Source of the DNA: Escherichia coli | Lineage (GTDB): Bacteria; Pseudomonadota; Gammaproteobacteria; Enterobacterales; Enterobacteriaceae | DNA length: 52,276 nt | Reading direction: 5' to 3' (one strand) | NCBI GenBank assembly: GCA_011600865.1 | Contig: GCA_011600865.1_4890.1 | Shown here: piece after piece, positions 44,885 through 52,276 of the stretch | How positions within the stretch are numbered: position 1 is the first letter of the stretch | Layout of the letters: every line of letters begins with the position of its first letter | The notes under the pieces: generated by a model | Seen by the model: only the letters and a program-made list of their open reading frames with translations | Told to the model about the DNA's origin: nothing | The model's database searches: none | Position numbers and translations under genes: made by a program

Positions 44885-45061
44885 GGGTATCGTCCTCGTT
44901 AATCCGGATAGTCGGGATTATAACGAGTTACGCGGAGTAAGTAAACAGAATATAAAAATGGAGTGTCTAGAGAGATGATGAGAAAGTCTACAGTAGAAAG
45001 GCGAATAAGTAGCTTATATAGATGAAGAACTAGCTTAGACGCCTTTATATTTATCCGGTTT

Positions 45062-45352
45062 TTAGGCCATTTCTACCAGAAACGGGAACCATTTACCTTC
45101 GAAGTAACCGCGCTCATCTACAAGAAAAGGCATTACATCTTTTCCGTATTTAATAACGTTCTCGTCGGCTATGGTTGTGATAGCGTTGTACAGGTGAGTG
45201 CACATCGGATGTTCGCTATGGCCTCCATAATATGCAATCTGCCCATTGTGGGTTACAGCAGGTTTGCCTGCTACGAATTCATCCCAGTTAAATGGCTTAG
45301 CTTCAGCCAAGCCATTTACTTCAGGATGTTCGACCATATCGAACAAGTCCAT
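45062..45352 (-). CDS. Hypothetical protein
   Basis: 96 aa ORF start-stop coupled to the upstream gene. Confidence 0.5.
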   Translation of the reverse strand: MDLFDMVEHPEVNGLAEAKPFNWDEFVAGKPAVTHNGQIAYYGGHSEHPMCTHLYNAITTIADENVIKYGKDVMPFLVDERGYFEGKWFPFLVEMA

Positions 45353-46053
45353 CAGATTACTCCATCCATATGCTTACGGATAATTTTAAGACGATTTGCC
45401 AGGTCGTCTGCACGACGTTTTTCAGCGTCACGCTGGGCAATAAGCGCTTTACGCTCTTCACTGAAAGCACGGTTGTTAGCAACAGCTGTACCGTTAAGAC
45501 TACGAATCTCAGCCTCATATTCTTCAGCGCGTTTGCCCATCAGTTGCTGCAGGTCGTTAATCTGTCGCTTATAGGCAGTAATAAGCTCAGACGCGTCTTT
45601 ATTGCAGCTTTCCAGCTTGCAGATATGCTCCTGCAGCATCTGCACATGCGCCCAGCCTTTAGCAATTTCGCGAGCTGACATATCAGCTAACATACGGTCT
45701 GGCATAGGAGCGCCAGCGTAGTTTGAAGCCTTGCACAAGTACCAGTTTAGCGCACTGCTGAACATCTCACCGGTACGATATTCCAGCTCGTCGTTGAACT
45801 TTAGTTGTTCACTAATTTCATCGTCAGAAGTAGTAATGCTGATGCTTTCGTCATAACCCTCGATGTTAATCTCAATGCTGACGCCTTCAGTACCAGTCAC
45901 TTCGTTGTCTTCAAGCGCACGTTTAGCCAGACGTAACAGGTCGTCACCTGACAGGTTCGGGTTAGTTGAACCCACAGTAACGGTCTTGTTGACTTCTCCT
46001 ACAGTTGCGGACAGGGTGATTGTGCTATTGTGTACAGGGCTCATTTGTTCCAC
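45352..46053 (-). CDS. Hypothetical protein (coiled-coil C-terminus)
   Basis: 233 aa; the C-terminal half is charged and helical. Confidence 0.5.
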   Translation of the reverse strand: MEQMSPVHNSTITLSATVGEVNKTVTVGSTNPNLSGDDLLRLAKRALEDNEVTGTEGVSIEINIEGYDESISITTSDDEISEQLKFNDELEYRTGEMFSSALNWYLCKASNYAGAPMPDRMLADMSAREIAKGWAHVQMLQEHICKLESCNKDASELITAYKRQINDLQQLMGKRAEEYEAEIRSLNGTAVANNRAFSEERKALIAQRDAEKRRADDLANRLKIIRKHMDGVI

Positions 46054-46547
46054 TCCTTATTAATACGTTCGTTGATGTATTCAAGAGCTGCTTCAGGACC
46101 GTCTTCTTCAACAGTCCAGTCATAGATGAAGAACTGCTTGCTCATCAGAACCAGTTCGTCAATGAGGTTGTCATACTGGTTGTATAACGCCTCAAGATTT
46201 TCCACAACGCCAGGCATCTCGTCTTTTGTAGTTGCCAGTACCTTTTCAACAGGTGGCATACAAAAGATAACGATGGCGTTGTCACACATATCTGCTACAT
46301 GTGATACATTAATATTGATGACAGGCGTACGTTGAAGAACCAGACAATAGATATACTCAGATATAACAGCGCTGCGGTCATAAATACAATCGCCTTCCAA
46401 CGCGTTTTCTTTGGCCTGTTTAGCCATGACCGATTCGGGATCTTTGTCAACAGTATTATGAATAACACTGCGGCCAGTACGAGATTTAAGGAACTCAATA
46501 AGTGTACTTTTACCAGCATTGTCCGGGCCCTCGATTATGATGTTCAT
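46041..46547 (-). CDS. Thymidylate-kinase-like (deoxy)nucleoside monophosphate kinase
   Basis: P-loop IEGPDNAGKST at the N-terminus and a DR motif (YDRSAV) about 50 residues later, as in TMP kinases; 168 aa. Confidence 0.65.
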   Translation of the reverse strand: MNIIIEGPDNAGKSTLIEFLKSRTGRSVIHNTVDKDPESVMAKQAKENALEGDCIYDRSAVISEYIYCLVLQRTPVININVSHVADMCDNAIVIFCMPPVEKVLATTKDEMPGVVENLEALYNQYDNLIDELVLMSKQFFIYDWTVEEDGPEAALEYINERINKEWNK

Positions 46548-47218
46548 TTGTGTAAACTCCTGTACCGTTGTATCAGAACTTGTTTGTTATCAACATATTC
46601 ATCATTATATGTAAAGTCGCTATCAATGTACATCATTAATTTGTTACAATCCATTAAAATATCACTTGGACCTGAATGCTTAATTGTACTGATAAACATG
46701 TTGTCGATACGGAGCAAGTCTTTTGCATGTTCTTCAAGGGCCGAAAGTATCAATTCGGCACCACCTACAATCCAGACGTCAGTACCTCTGGATTCAAGGT
46801 CTGCTGCCATCTCACCCAAATTATTGTAGCCTTCTGAAGCCATAATCTGACGAGATACCGGCAGCAGTATTCTGTGGGCTGACATAGGCAGACTCATAGT
46901 CATATACGTGTTACGACCGGCTAACAATACACTATGCCCTACCATTTTTACCGTTACGTCTGCTATCATGTTTCGCAACTGGTCATTTGAGAACTGTCCA
47001 CGTAGTTGCTGATACGCATTATAGCCTGGTTCTGTCGCAATTGAATTAGTCATAGTCCTGAAAAAGAGCATGTCTGACGGACATTTCCAGGGGAGACCCG
47101 ATTTAGGAAGCGCACGGACCTCTTCCATGGTCTTGCACGAGTCCACCTGATGCTTCATGAACTCCGGGGACAACCCGAATTCCCCATTTTGGCCCATTGC
47201 AAAGATAATATTAATCAC
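46544..47218 (-). CDS. Dihydrofolate reductase-like protein
   Basis: N-terminal MINIIFAMGQNGEFG, a GLPW motif and a later IVGG motif resemble DHFR (compared from memory with T4 Frd), with insertions; 224 aa. Confidence 0.55.
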   Translation of the reverse strand: MINIIFAMGQNGEFGLSPEFMKHQVDSCKTMEEVRALPKSGLPWKCPSDMLFFRTMTNSIATEPGYNAYQQLRGQFSNDQLRNMIADVTVKMVGHSVLLAGRNTYMTMSLPMSAHRILLPVSRQIMASEGYNNLGEMAADLESRGTDVWIVGGAELILSALEEHAKDLLRIDNMFISTIKHSGPSDILMDCNKLMMYIDSDFTYNDEYVDNKQVLIQRYRSLHK

Positions 47219-47711
47219 CTAAAAAGTCCCCGTTGTCAGATAAAAGCGAATCCATAACGTCTTCAGACTGTGGTAGTATTACAGGATGATTGCCTGTTTC
47301 GATTTTTGGCTTATGTTTTGGCGCTTTTTTGCGCTCCAGGTACTCATCATGGGCCTTACAAATGGCATTTACGACGAAATCATGCTGATATGCGTACCAT
47401 TCGTCGTTTTCTGTGTCGTATTTAAGCCCTACATAGTTCATCAGCGACGACATTACGTGAATGCCTTCGTGGGAAATTGTGCTGTACTTAAGGTCGTCCG
47501 GGTGGTACAGTTCTACGACGATTAACAGGTACGGATAGTTAACGCGAGAGAACGTAAAAGTAGATGCATTACGCGTTTCCCGGTCATTCCAGTTGCCAAA
47601 ATCAGGCAAATCCATCAGTTTTTGAAGCTCTTCGTGCTCTTTTTCACTGCAAACGATAGCCAATTGAGGCGGATATGGCTCTAATTGAACAATTTTCATA
47701 ATGTTACCCAC
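47211..47711 (-). CDS. Hypothetical protein with an HExxH motif
   Basis: 166 aa; HEGIH could be a minimal zinc-hydrolase motif, but no other zincin features are evident. Confidence 0.45.
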   Translation of the reverse strand: MGNIMKIVQLEPYPPQLAIVCSEKEHEELQKLMDLPDFGNWNDRETRNASTFTFSRVNYPYLLIVVELYHPDDLKYSTISHEGIHVMSSLMNYVGLKYDTENDEWYAYQHDFVVNAICKAHDEYLERKKAPKHKPKIETGNHPVILPQSEDVMDSLLSDNGDFLGD

Positions 47712-47942
47712 AAGTAGGAGACCGTGAGGCCGTTTGATGATTCACATTAATGATAGCGCGTGGAGGAGAGAAAGTACACCACTTTTTAGTGAGTGTCTAC
47801 ACAATTTCCGAAAAATATAAAAAAATTTTAGAGGGGCCTCGTTTAGTATTGTGTTAAGCAAAAGGTTAGCTCCTGTCGTATCAATCTGATGATGATTGGT
47901 CCTGATAAGGAGAAAATAGAGAAAAAAATAAAAAATTTTGCT

Positions 47943-48184
47943 GGCTCCTGGCAGGTAGCACCCCTGCGAAATTACCCCCCGCCGCACCTATTTCGATTGA
48001 AATGATTACTCTGGTAACTATTGCGATTGATACAATTACCGGGTGAACTACTTCGGCCGTTATAGTACAAAGCGTCTATAATTCAGATTGAAATTATATT
48101 TTTATAAATAATTTCGCCGGCTCCGTTGAGTAGCACCCCTACGTTACTATAACCCCCGCCGACCATTTTGGATTGAGTAATTAC
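47943..48184. repeat. Two copies of an approximately 68 bp direct repeat in the large noncoding region
   Basis: Copy A 47943-48010 and copy B 48119-48184 share the blocks GGCTCC, GTAGCACCCCT, ACCCCCGCCG and GATTGA..ATTAC in the same order. Confidence 0.5.
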
Positions 48185-48240
48185 ATGTGAAACTATATCA
48201 ATTGCATATGAGAACCACTCTCAATCGCAAGTGATTATCA
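47993..48240. promoter_or_regulatory. Iteron-like array of GATTGA-N3-5-ATTA(C) motifs (candidate origin or operator sites)
   Basis: Direct copies starting at 47995, 48025, 48086 and 48171 and an inverted copy at 48222-48240, in AT-rich noncoding DNA between divergent gene blocks. Confidence 0.4.
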
Positions 48241-48251
48241 TTTCTAAAAAC

Positions 48252-48283
48252 TTGCATAAACTTACAAATAAAAGGTGTACAAT
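48252..48283 (+). promoter_or_regulatory. Candidate extended -10 promoter for the plus-strand early block
   Basis: AAGGTGTACAAT (TG + TACAAT at 48276-48283), related to the AGTGGTATAAT motif at the other plus-strand promoters; weak -35. Confidence 0.3.
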
Positions 48284-48547
48284 CAATAGGGATTGGACTA
48301 TTATATATTTATTGAATGTGATGACTGATTGACCAGTCAACTGGTCTGGAGGGTATTGGTATGGTTTAATTTGGGTAGGTAGTACTTAACCAGTCAACAG
48401 GTACATCTGGTAGATGTCAATGGTACCTTATGCTCTTTAACAATCTGGTGACATGTTTCTTGTTGATAGTAACACTAGTAATAGTTTCAACCAGTGACTA
48501 TTGGTAACAGTAGTCACAACTGGAAACTAATACAAGAGGTGACTATT

Positions 48548-48697
48548 ATGAAGGACAACTATACACTTTGGTATGATACCAATGAAGGGCTTTGGTGTGT
48601 CAATATCAATAATGGTCCAGTTCCAGACTTTGAGTCAATGGATGTGGAAGATTGTGTTGACTTTATCCAATCCCAAGTTGTTAAATATCAGGAGTAG
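48548..48697 (+). CDS. Hypothetical small acidic early protein
   Basis: ATG at 48548 with AGAGGTGA RBS; 49 aa. Confidence 0.5.
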   Translation: MKDNYTLWYDTNEGLWCVNINNGPVPDFESMDVEDCVDFIQSQVVKYQE

Positions 48698-48701
48698 TAA
48701 G

Positions 48702-48875
48702 ATGAAAGTTTTAGAATTGTCCCAAGAAGAACTGGAATTATTGGTTGACCAATTGGACACCACTTTATTTATGGAAAGTGACCTGTTGGAATATGACAGG
48801 GAGAGTGGAAGGGATGTCAAAGACCAGGAAGTGAGGGTCAAGTTACTCCAATCAATTCTGGATAAGTTGAAGTAA
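48702..48875 (+). CDS. Hypothetical small acidic helical protein (paralog family member)
   Basis: ATG at 48702 with AGGAG RBS; 57 aa; N-terminus MKVLELSQEELELLVDQL resembles the products of 49602-49760 and 50020-50193. Confidence 0.5.
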   Translation: MKVLELSQEELELLVDQLDTTLFMESDLLEYDRESGRDVKDQEVRVKLLQSILDKLK

Positions 48876-48879
48876 TTTC

Positions 48880-48915
48880 CAACAATGGGGACTTGGTAAA
48901 AGTCCTCATGATTGG
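48880..48915 (+). promoter_or_regulatory. Conserved intergenic hairpin element R1 (CAACAATG - 8 bp stem-loop - ATGATTG)
   Basis: CAACAATG at 48880-48887; stem 48887-48894 pairs with 48900-48907 (one G-U), loop ggtaa; followed by ATGATTGG at 48908. Confidence 0.5.
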
Positions 48916-48970
48916 ACTTACTTGTCAAGGATTGACACTTATCAAAAATTCTATCAATGAGGATACATCA

Positions 48971-49537
48971 ATGACTACTATCAACTATGTTTACCTGACT
49001 TCCGCCTTTTCTGTTGAGTCTGTAAAATCTGGTCTGACTACTGAAAGTCTTGGGACTATTGTAGTGCAGATGGATAGTCTTCAGTACTTTGCCAATAACC
49101 AAATCATTAAGATGATCAAGTCCCTTAATGATGAAAGTTCTGTAAGTGTCAAAGACTCAAAAGAAGTGCTGGTGAAAGCCCTGTTTGATGAGCTTAACCA
49201 ACTGGAAGTTGAAGAGGTCAAAGTTGTGGCATCAAGATCTTCCAATGGCGGTGCCCGGAAATCTTCATCTGGTCCATCAACAAAAGATACTTGTTATCTG
49301 GTGTTCAAAGATTACAACTTGATGGATAAAGAAGACTCAAAATTGGCACTTGTTGATGCCATGAAAGCCTGTGGGATGGAAGCGGATGACATCAAAGCCA
49401 AAAGAGTTATCCAGTCATATATGTCATACTACCGGAATGATGTAAAATCTGGTAAAGTGACTGAGGGCAAGTCAGTAACTGGTGAAAAACCTGAAACTGA
49501 AGAAAAACCTGAAACCCAAGAAACTACTGAAGAGTAA
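48971..49537 (+). CDS. Hypothetical protein with an acidic C-terminal tail
   Basis: ATG at 48971 with GAGGA RBS; 188 aa; C-terminus GEKPETEEKPETQETTEE. An in-frame ATG at 48908, right after hairpin R1, is an alternative start. Confidence 0.55.
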   Translation: MTTINYVYLTSAFSVESVKSGLTTESLGTIVVQMDSLQYFANNQIIKMIKSLNDESSVSVKDSKEVLVKALFDELNQLEVEEVKVVASRSSNGGARKSSSGPSTKDTCYLVFKDYNLMDKEDSKLALVDAMKACGMEADDIKAKRVIQSYMSYYRNDVKSGKVTEGKSVTGEKPETEEKPETQETTEE

Positions 49538-49544
49538 TTTTTGA

Positions 49545-49586
49545 GATGGCACTCAAGTAGTGCCATCAATTGAAATTATTCACAAT
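49545..49586 (+). promoter_or_regulatory. Intergenic hairpin element R4 (8 bp stem-loop followed by AATTGAAATTATTCACAA)
   Basis: Perfect stem atggcact / agtgccat (49545-49552 / 49558-49565), then the same 17-mer TTGAAATTATTCACAA that follows hairpin R3. Confidence 0.45.
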
Positions 49587-49601
49587 CAACAGGAGAGAAA
49601 C

Positions 49602-49760
49602 ATGCTTAAAATCAAACTGACCAAAGACCAGGCGATGGCTTTGCGGGATATGATGATCGAGTTAGAGAAGATGGGCACTTTTTCTGATAGTTCTCACGCT
49701 TCAACTCTTGACTATATTGTTGAAGCCATTGACGACAAATTTTCAGGTTCTGAGGAGTAA
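49602..49760 (+). CDS. Hypothetical small acidic helical protein (paralog family member)
   Basis: ATG at 49602 with AGGAGAG RBS; 52 aa; MLKIKLTKDQAMALRDMMIELE. Confidence 0.5.
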   Translation: MLKIKLTKDQAMALRDMMIELEKMGTFSDSSHASTLDYIVEAIDDKFSGSEE

Positions 49761-49765
49761 TCAAA

Positions 49766-50023
49766 ATGACTGATATTGAGATGAAAAAAGAACTGGACTT
49801 TTATGCCGAACAGTATTGGGCTGAATGGGATGAAGGTTCGCAGGAATTTGCGGAACTGGTGATAGATTCAGGAATTGATGAAGTGCGGGAACATTCCTAC
49901 ATCATCAACATGAATCTGGCGTCAATTATGGGAATAATCGCCAGCGAATTTTCTGATGGCGAGCGGGACCATGAAGACGTTGTAAGACTGGCAAAAGTTA
50001 TGGTTTGGGTGGATACATTATGA
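49766..50023 (+). CDS. Hypothetical acidic protein
   Basis: 85 aa; stop overlaps the next start in an ATGA arrangement. Confidence 0.5.
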   Translation: MTDIEMKKELDFYAEQYWAEWDEGSQEFAELVIDSGIDEVREHSYIINMNLASIMGIIASEFSDGERDHEDVVRLAKVMVWVDTL

Positions 50024-50193
50024 AAGACCTGAAATTGACTGAAGACGAATTGGCGCACCTGATTGAATTACTGGAATCAAATGCCCAAATCGTGAAAGAT
50101 CAAATATCTGACGCTGTTGGCGGTTCCAAAGAGTTTGACGACTTGATGGAAGACTTCAGGCTGACAATTCAGATCGCAACAAAGCTCGCATAG
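50020..50193 (+). CDS. Hypothetical small acidic helical protein (paralog family member)
   Basis: ATG at 50020 overlapping the upstream stop (ATGA); 57 aa; MKDLKLTEDELAHLIELLE. Confidence 0.5.
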   Translation: MKDLKLTEDELAHLIELLESNAQIVKDQISDAVGGSKEFDDLMEDFRLTIQIATKLA

Positions 50194-50196
50194 TTT

Positions 50197-50254
50197 CAAC
50201 AATGAACTATCCAAAATTGTGATAGTTCATGATTGAAATTATTCACAACAAGAG
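50197..50254 (+). promoter_or_regulatory. Conserved intergenic hairpin element R3 (CAACAATG - 8 bp stem-loop - ATGATTGAAATTATTCACAA)
   Basis: CAACAATG at 50197-50204; perfect stem gaactatc / gatagttc (50204-50211 / 50221-50228) with a 9 nt loop; same architecture as R1 and R2 but a different stem sequence. Confidence 0.5.
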
Positions 50255-50264
50255 AGAGAGAAAC

Positions 50265-50654
50265 ATGTACAGTGCAAAATGCGAAGATGGCACCTATACC
50301 GTATACTGTGATGGTGAAGTCCTCAAAGTTCTGCCAAACGCCTTCAAGTTTGAGCAATTCATGACGGTGTTGTGGGAGAACCAGGAGATTAGTCGGGAAG
50401 ACATTATTGACCTGATGAATCCTTTGATGGGGTACCATCCAATCCGCGAGTTTGACAGTCGTCCAACTTGGTATAAGCTGGAAGATGGTAAAGTCTGGGA
50501 ACAAGCCTGGGACAAATTTGAAGGTGGTTACGGCCACTGGACAGTTTATGTCGATGGCGATGATGCCCAACGTTACTGGGAGGCAATCAAAAATTGTGCG
50601 ACCCGGGACGTGACTGATCCGGAATATGACGAGTCAAAATTTGAGGTTAAGTGA
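50265..50654 (+). CDS. Hypothetical acidic protein
   Basis: ATG at 50265 with GAGAGAGAGA RBS; 129 aa. The ORF-track start at 50229 is the ATG right after hairpin R3 and would add a MIEIIHNKRERN leader. Confidence 0.55.
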   Translation: MYSAKCEDGTYTVYCDGEVLKVLPNAFKFEQFMTVLWENQEISREDIIDLMNPLMGYHPIREFDSRPTWYKLEDGKVWEQAWDKFEGGYGHWTVYVDGDDAQRYWEAIKNCATRDVTDPEYDESKFEVK

Positions 50655-50854
50655 TGCCGCTGGTCAAATTTACTACGGTAGACCTTGCCAATGGACTACC
50701 ACCCAAAGCTGAGCAAAAATTCTTGACAGTTGAGGAATGGAATGTCTGGTGCCAGTCAGCTCTAAAATCTGGGGCTAAACGCACAAATGGAGGAAAGGTG
50801 TTTACCCGCTTCAATAAAGAGTGTATAATAGTAGTACAGATAATGATTGAGTGA
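50654..50854 (+). CDS. Hypothetical small protein
   Basis: ATG at 50654 overlapping the upstream TGA (TGATG coupling); 66 aa, basic. Confidence 0.45.
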   Translation: MPLVKFTTVDLANGLPPKAEQKFLTVEEWNVWCQSALKSGAKRTNGGKVFTRFNKECIIVVQIMIE

Positions 50855-50856
50855 TT

Positions 50857-50892
50857 CAACAATGAGGATTTGCCAAAAGTCCTCATGATTGA
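50857..50892 (+). promoter_or_regulatory. Conserved intergenic hairpin element R2 (CAACAATG - 8 bp stem-loop - ATGATTGA)
   Basis: CAACAATG at 50857-50864; stem 50864-50871 pairs with 50877-50884 (one G-U), loop gccaa; followed by ATGATTGA at 50885. Confidence 0.5.
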
Positions 50893-51030
50893 ATTAACCC
50901 ACAAGTGGAGGCCTTATGTACCGCCGTAAACATGTTGTTGAGTATTCTGTTGTGAATCCTGCATATGCTGAAGGTCGGGCTATGAGGAAGCTGGTAGTGG
51001 TTTTTATGATAATTCTTATGGTATTGGCTT

Positions 51031-51276
51031 ATGTTTTCTAAGGATGACTTATATGACATTGCTCGACGTGTTAATCAACGCGATTTATCTGGTGTTACCG
51101 ATCTTTTTTCTGCCGGCACTTCTGACGATGCGGTATTACGCGAAGCGGAGCGGCGCCAAGCAGAAATACAAAGAACTGCAAGCTGCTGGAATTATCAACC
51201 CCCGAAAACTGTACCGTTAACCTGGGTTGACATGACAGTGTGGCTATTGAATAAACTTGGAATAAGGAGCAAATAA
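51031..51276 (+). CDS. Hypothetical protein
   Basis: 81 aa ORF with an ATG at 51031. Confidence 0.5.
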   Translation: MFSKDDLYDIARRVNQRDLSGVTDLFSAGTSDDAVLREAERRQAEIQRTASCWNYQPPKTVPLTWVDMTVWLLNKLGIRSK

Positions 51277-51455
51277 TGTTTAAATTCTTACAACGTAACC
51301 CTGTCAAAGGTGGCATGCAATACTGGGTGGACATCCATGGCGGTGAGTATATGATGATCGTCCGCGACGGTAAACCTGCTGAAAGCTCTTTCGCTAAAGG
51401 TTGCAACGTTTACAACCAATTGTTTGAGTTCCTGGTTGAAGGCGATTACTTGTGA
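51276..51455 (+). CDS. Hypothetical small protein (59 aa, below the ORF-track length cut-off)
   Basis: ATG at 51276 overlapping the upstream TAA (TAATG), strong RBS AAGGAG 7 nt upstream; reads MFKFLQRNPVKGGMQYWVDIHGGEYMMIVRDGKPAESSFAKGCNVYNQLFEFLVEGDYL. Confidence 0.5.
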   Translation: MFKFLQRNPVKGGMQYWVDIHGGEYMMIVRDGKPAESSFAKGCNVYNQLFEFLVEGDYL

Positions 51456-51637
51456 TTGGCTTAATCCTGGCAACATGCGTGGCTACTCATGATTGTAGTT
51501 ACAAAATTGTTGAATCCAAACCTGAATGGACTACCGTTGAACAATGTGCTACCGATAGTCCATACACCTTGCTAAATCTTGGTATTATCCCCGCCAAAAA
51601 TCAGCGTGTTATTTGTGACGAGCTGAAACAAGATTAA
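51452..51637 (+). CDS. Hypothetical small Cys-containing protein, possibly membrane or lipoprotein-like
   Basis: GTG start overlapping the upstream TGA; N-terminus MIGLILATCVATHDC is hydrophobic with a lipobox-like LATC; 61 aa. Confidence 0.4.
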   Translation: MIGLILATCVATHDCSYKIVESKPEWTTVEQCATDSPYTLLNLGIIPAKNQRVICDELKQD

Positions 51638-52065
51638 TTGACGTGATACTGAGTGCCGGGCGCAACGTAATAGTTGTAGACCCGGCAAAATTGTTCCCAT
51701 GTTAATTCTACTAGACCCACAAAGAGGCGATTCGATGCCTCGTTAAAAGTCGTGCCACTTGGAAAGCAGTCAATCACATCAGCCTTATTCATCACCACGG
51801 TAGGCTGTTTTCTTGGTAGTTCGTATATCAGTACCGGCATCTTGTTCTGAGCCTTTGCTGATGCCGCACACTGTCTCCACCATGTTCCGATAGACTTGGT
51901 ATTGTGCTTCTTCAGTTCAACACTGAAAAACGGCACACCCAACAAGTCATCCCCGCCATTAATAGACTGTTGAAGATTGCGCTCAACAGTTAATCCGAAC
52001 GAGCTATTGAACTTCTTAGCCATTTTGCGCTCAAAGTTCTGTCCTTTCTGCCTTATATTAACCAT
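51634..52065 (-). CDS. Putative PD-(D/E)XK-type nuclease (possible resolvase-like endonuclease)
   Basis: 143 aa; GGDDLLGVPFFSVELKK gives a D-x11-E-x-K arrangement; convergent with the plus-strand early genes. Confidence 0.4.
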   Translation of the reverse strand: MVNIRQKGQNFERKMAKKFNSSFGLTVERNLQQSINGGDDLLGVPFFSVELKKHNTKSIGTWWRQCAASAKAQNKMPVLIYELPRKQPTVVMNKADVIDCFPSGTTFNEASNRLFVGLVELTWEQFCRVYNYYVAPGTQYHVN

Positions 52066-52276
52066 TTATTCAGCCTCGTATACAATTCAAAGTTTTGGTA
52101 ATCAGCAACATTGATAAATATTGTAGCACATCTATTTTATAGTGTAAACGTCTACAGATTTATTTATCAATCCGGTTTTTTATTATTTTTCGCCGGCGTA
52201 AATTTTTTTCATCCGGTTCTGATATTAATAAAGAGATAAACCGGATCATACATATAGACGCCTCTAAGTAGCTGTT

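Noticed and set aside
48880-50892. Hairpin elements R1-R4 as simple Rho-independent terminators
   Set aside because: None is followed by a U-tract; they are instead followed by conserved ATGATTGA or TTGAAATTATTCACAA sequences, so they are reported as regulatory elements of unknown type.
51288-51476. Minus-strand 62 aa ORF from the six-frame track
   Set aside because: It is antisense to a plus-strand 59 aa ORF (51276-51455) that has a strong RBS and start-stop coupling with its neighbours, in a block where all other genes are plus-strand.
3025-52065. T7-type single-subunit RNA polymerase promoters
   Set aside because: No repeated 20-23 bp motif of that class was found; the recurring motifs look like sigma70-type extended -10 promoters, and no phage RNA polymerase gene is present in the window.
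1-52276. CRISPR arrays, integrase/transposase genes or insertion sequence ends
   Set aside because: No regularly spaced short direct repeats with unique spacers, no tyrosine or serine recombinase or transposase motifs, and no terminal inverted repeats flanking any gene; the repeats at 47.9-48.2 kb are irregular iteron-like motifs.

Overview
This 52.3 kb window looks like most of a tailed dsDNA phage genome (Caudoviricetes) with contractile-tail (myovirus-like) structural genes and no integrase, transposase, rRNA, tRNA or CRISPR array that I can support. All calls are by eye from motifs in the ORF translations and from sequence inspection; no searches were run. Layout: a minus-strand primase/helicase (114-2648); a plus-strand early/middle block (3.1-18.6 kb) with small hypotheticals, a recombination set (Sak4-like ATPase, SSB-like protein, PD-(D/E)XK exonuclease), dCMP deaminase, SF2 helicase, a MazG-like pyrophosphatase, a thymidylate-synthase-fold enzyme and a family A DNA polymerase; a minus-strand lysis and late block (18.6-47.7 kb) running spanins, SAR endolysin, holin, two tail fiber assembly paralogs, tail fiber, Mu-like baseplate, tape measure, tube, sheath, Ig-like proteins, a 985 aa virion protein, head genes, scaffold, portal and terminase, then a TMP-kinase-like and a DHFR-like gene; an 840 bp repeat-rich noncoding region; and a plus-strand block of small acidic early genes (48.5-51.6 kb). 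The most interesting candidate is a possible cytosine C5-modification pathway: the thymidylate-synthase homolog carries Asp where ThyA has the uracil-specifying Asn. Other leads are a family of covarying intergenic hairpin elements in the early region, a 535 bp structured noncoding segment closed by a strong terminator, and an iteron-like repeat region.
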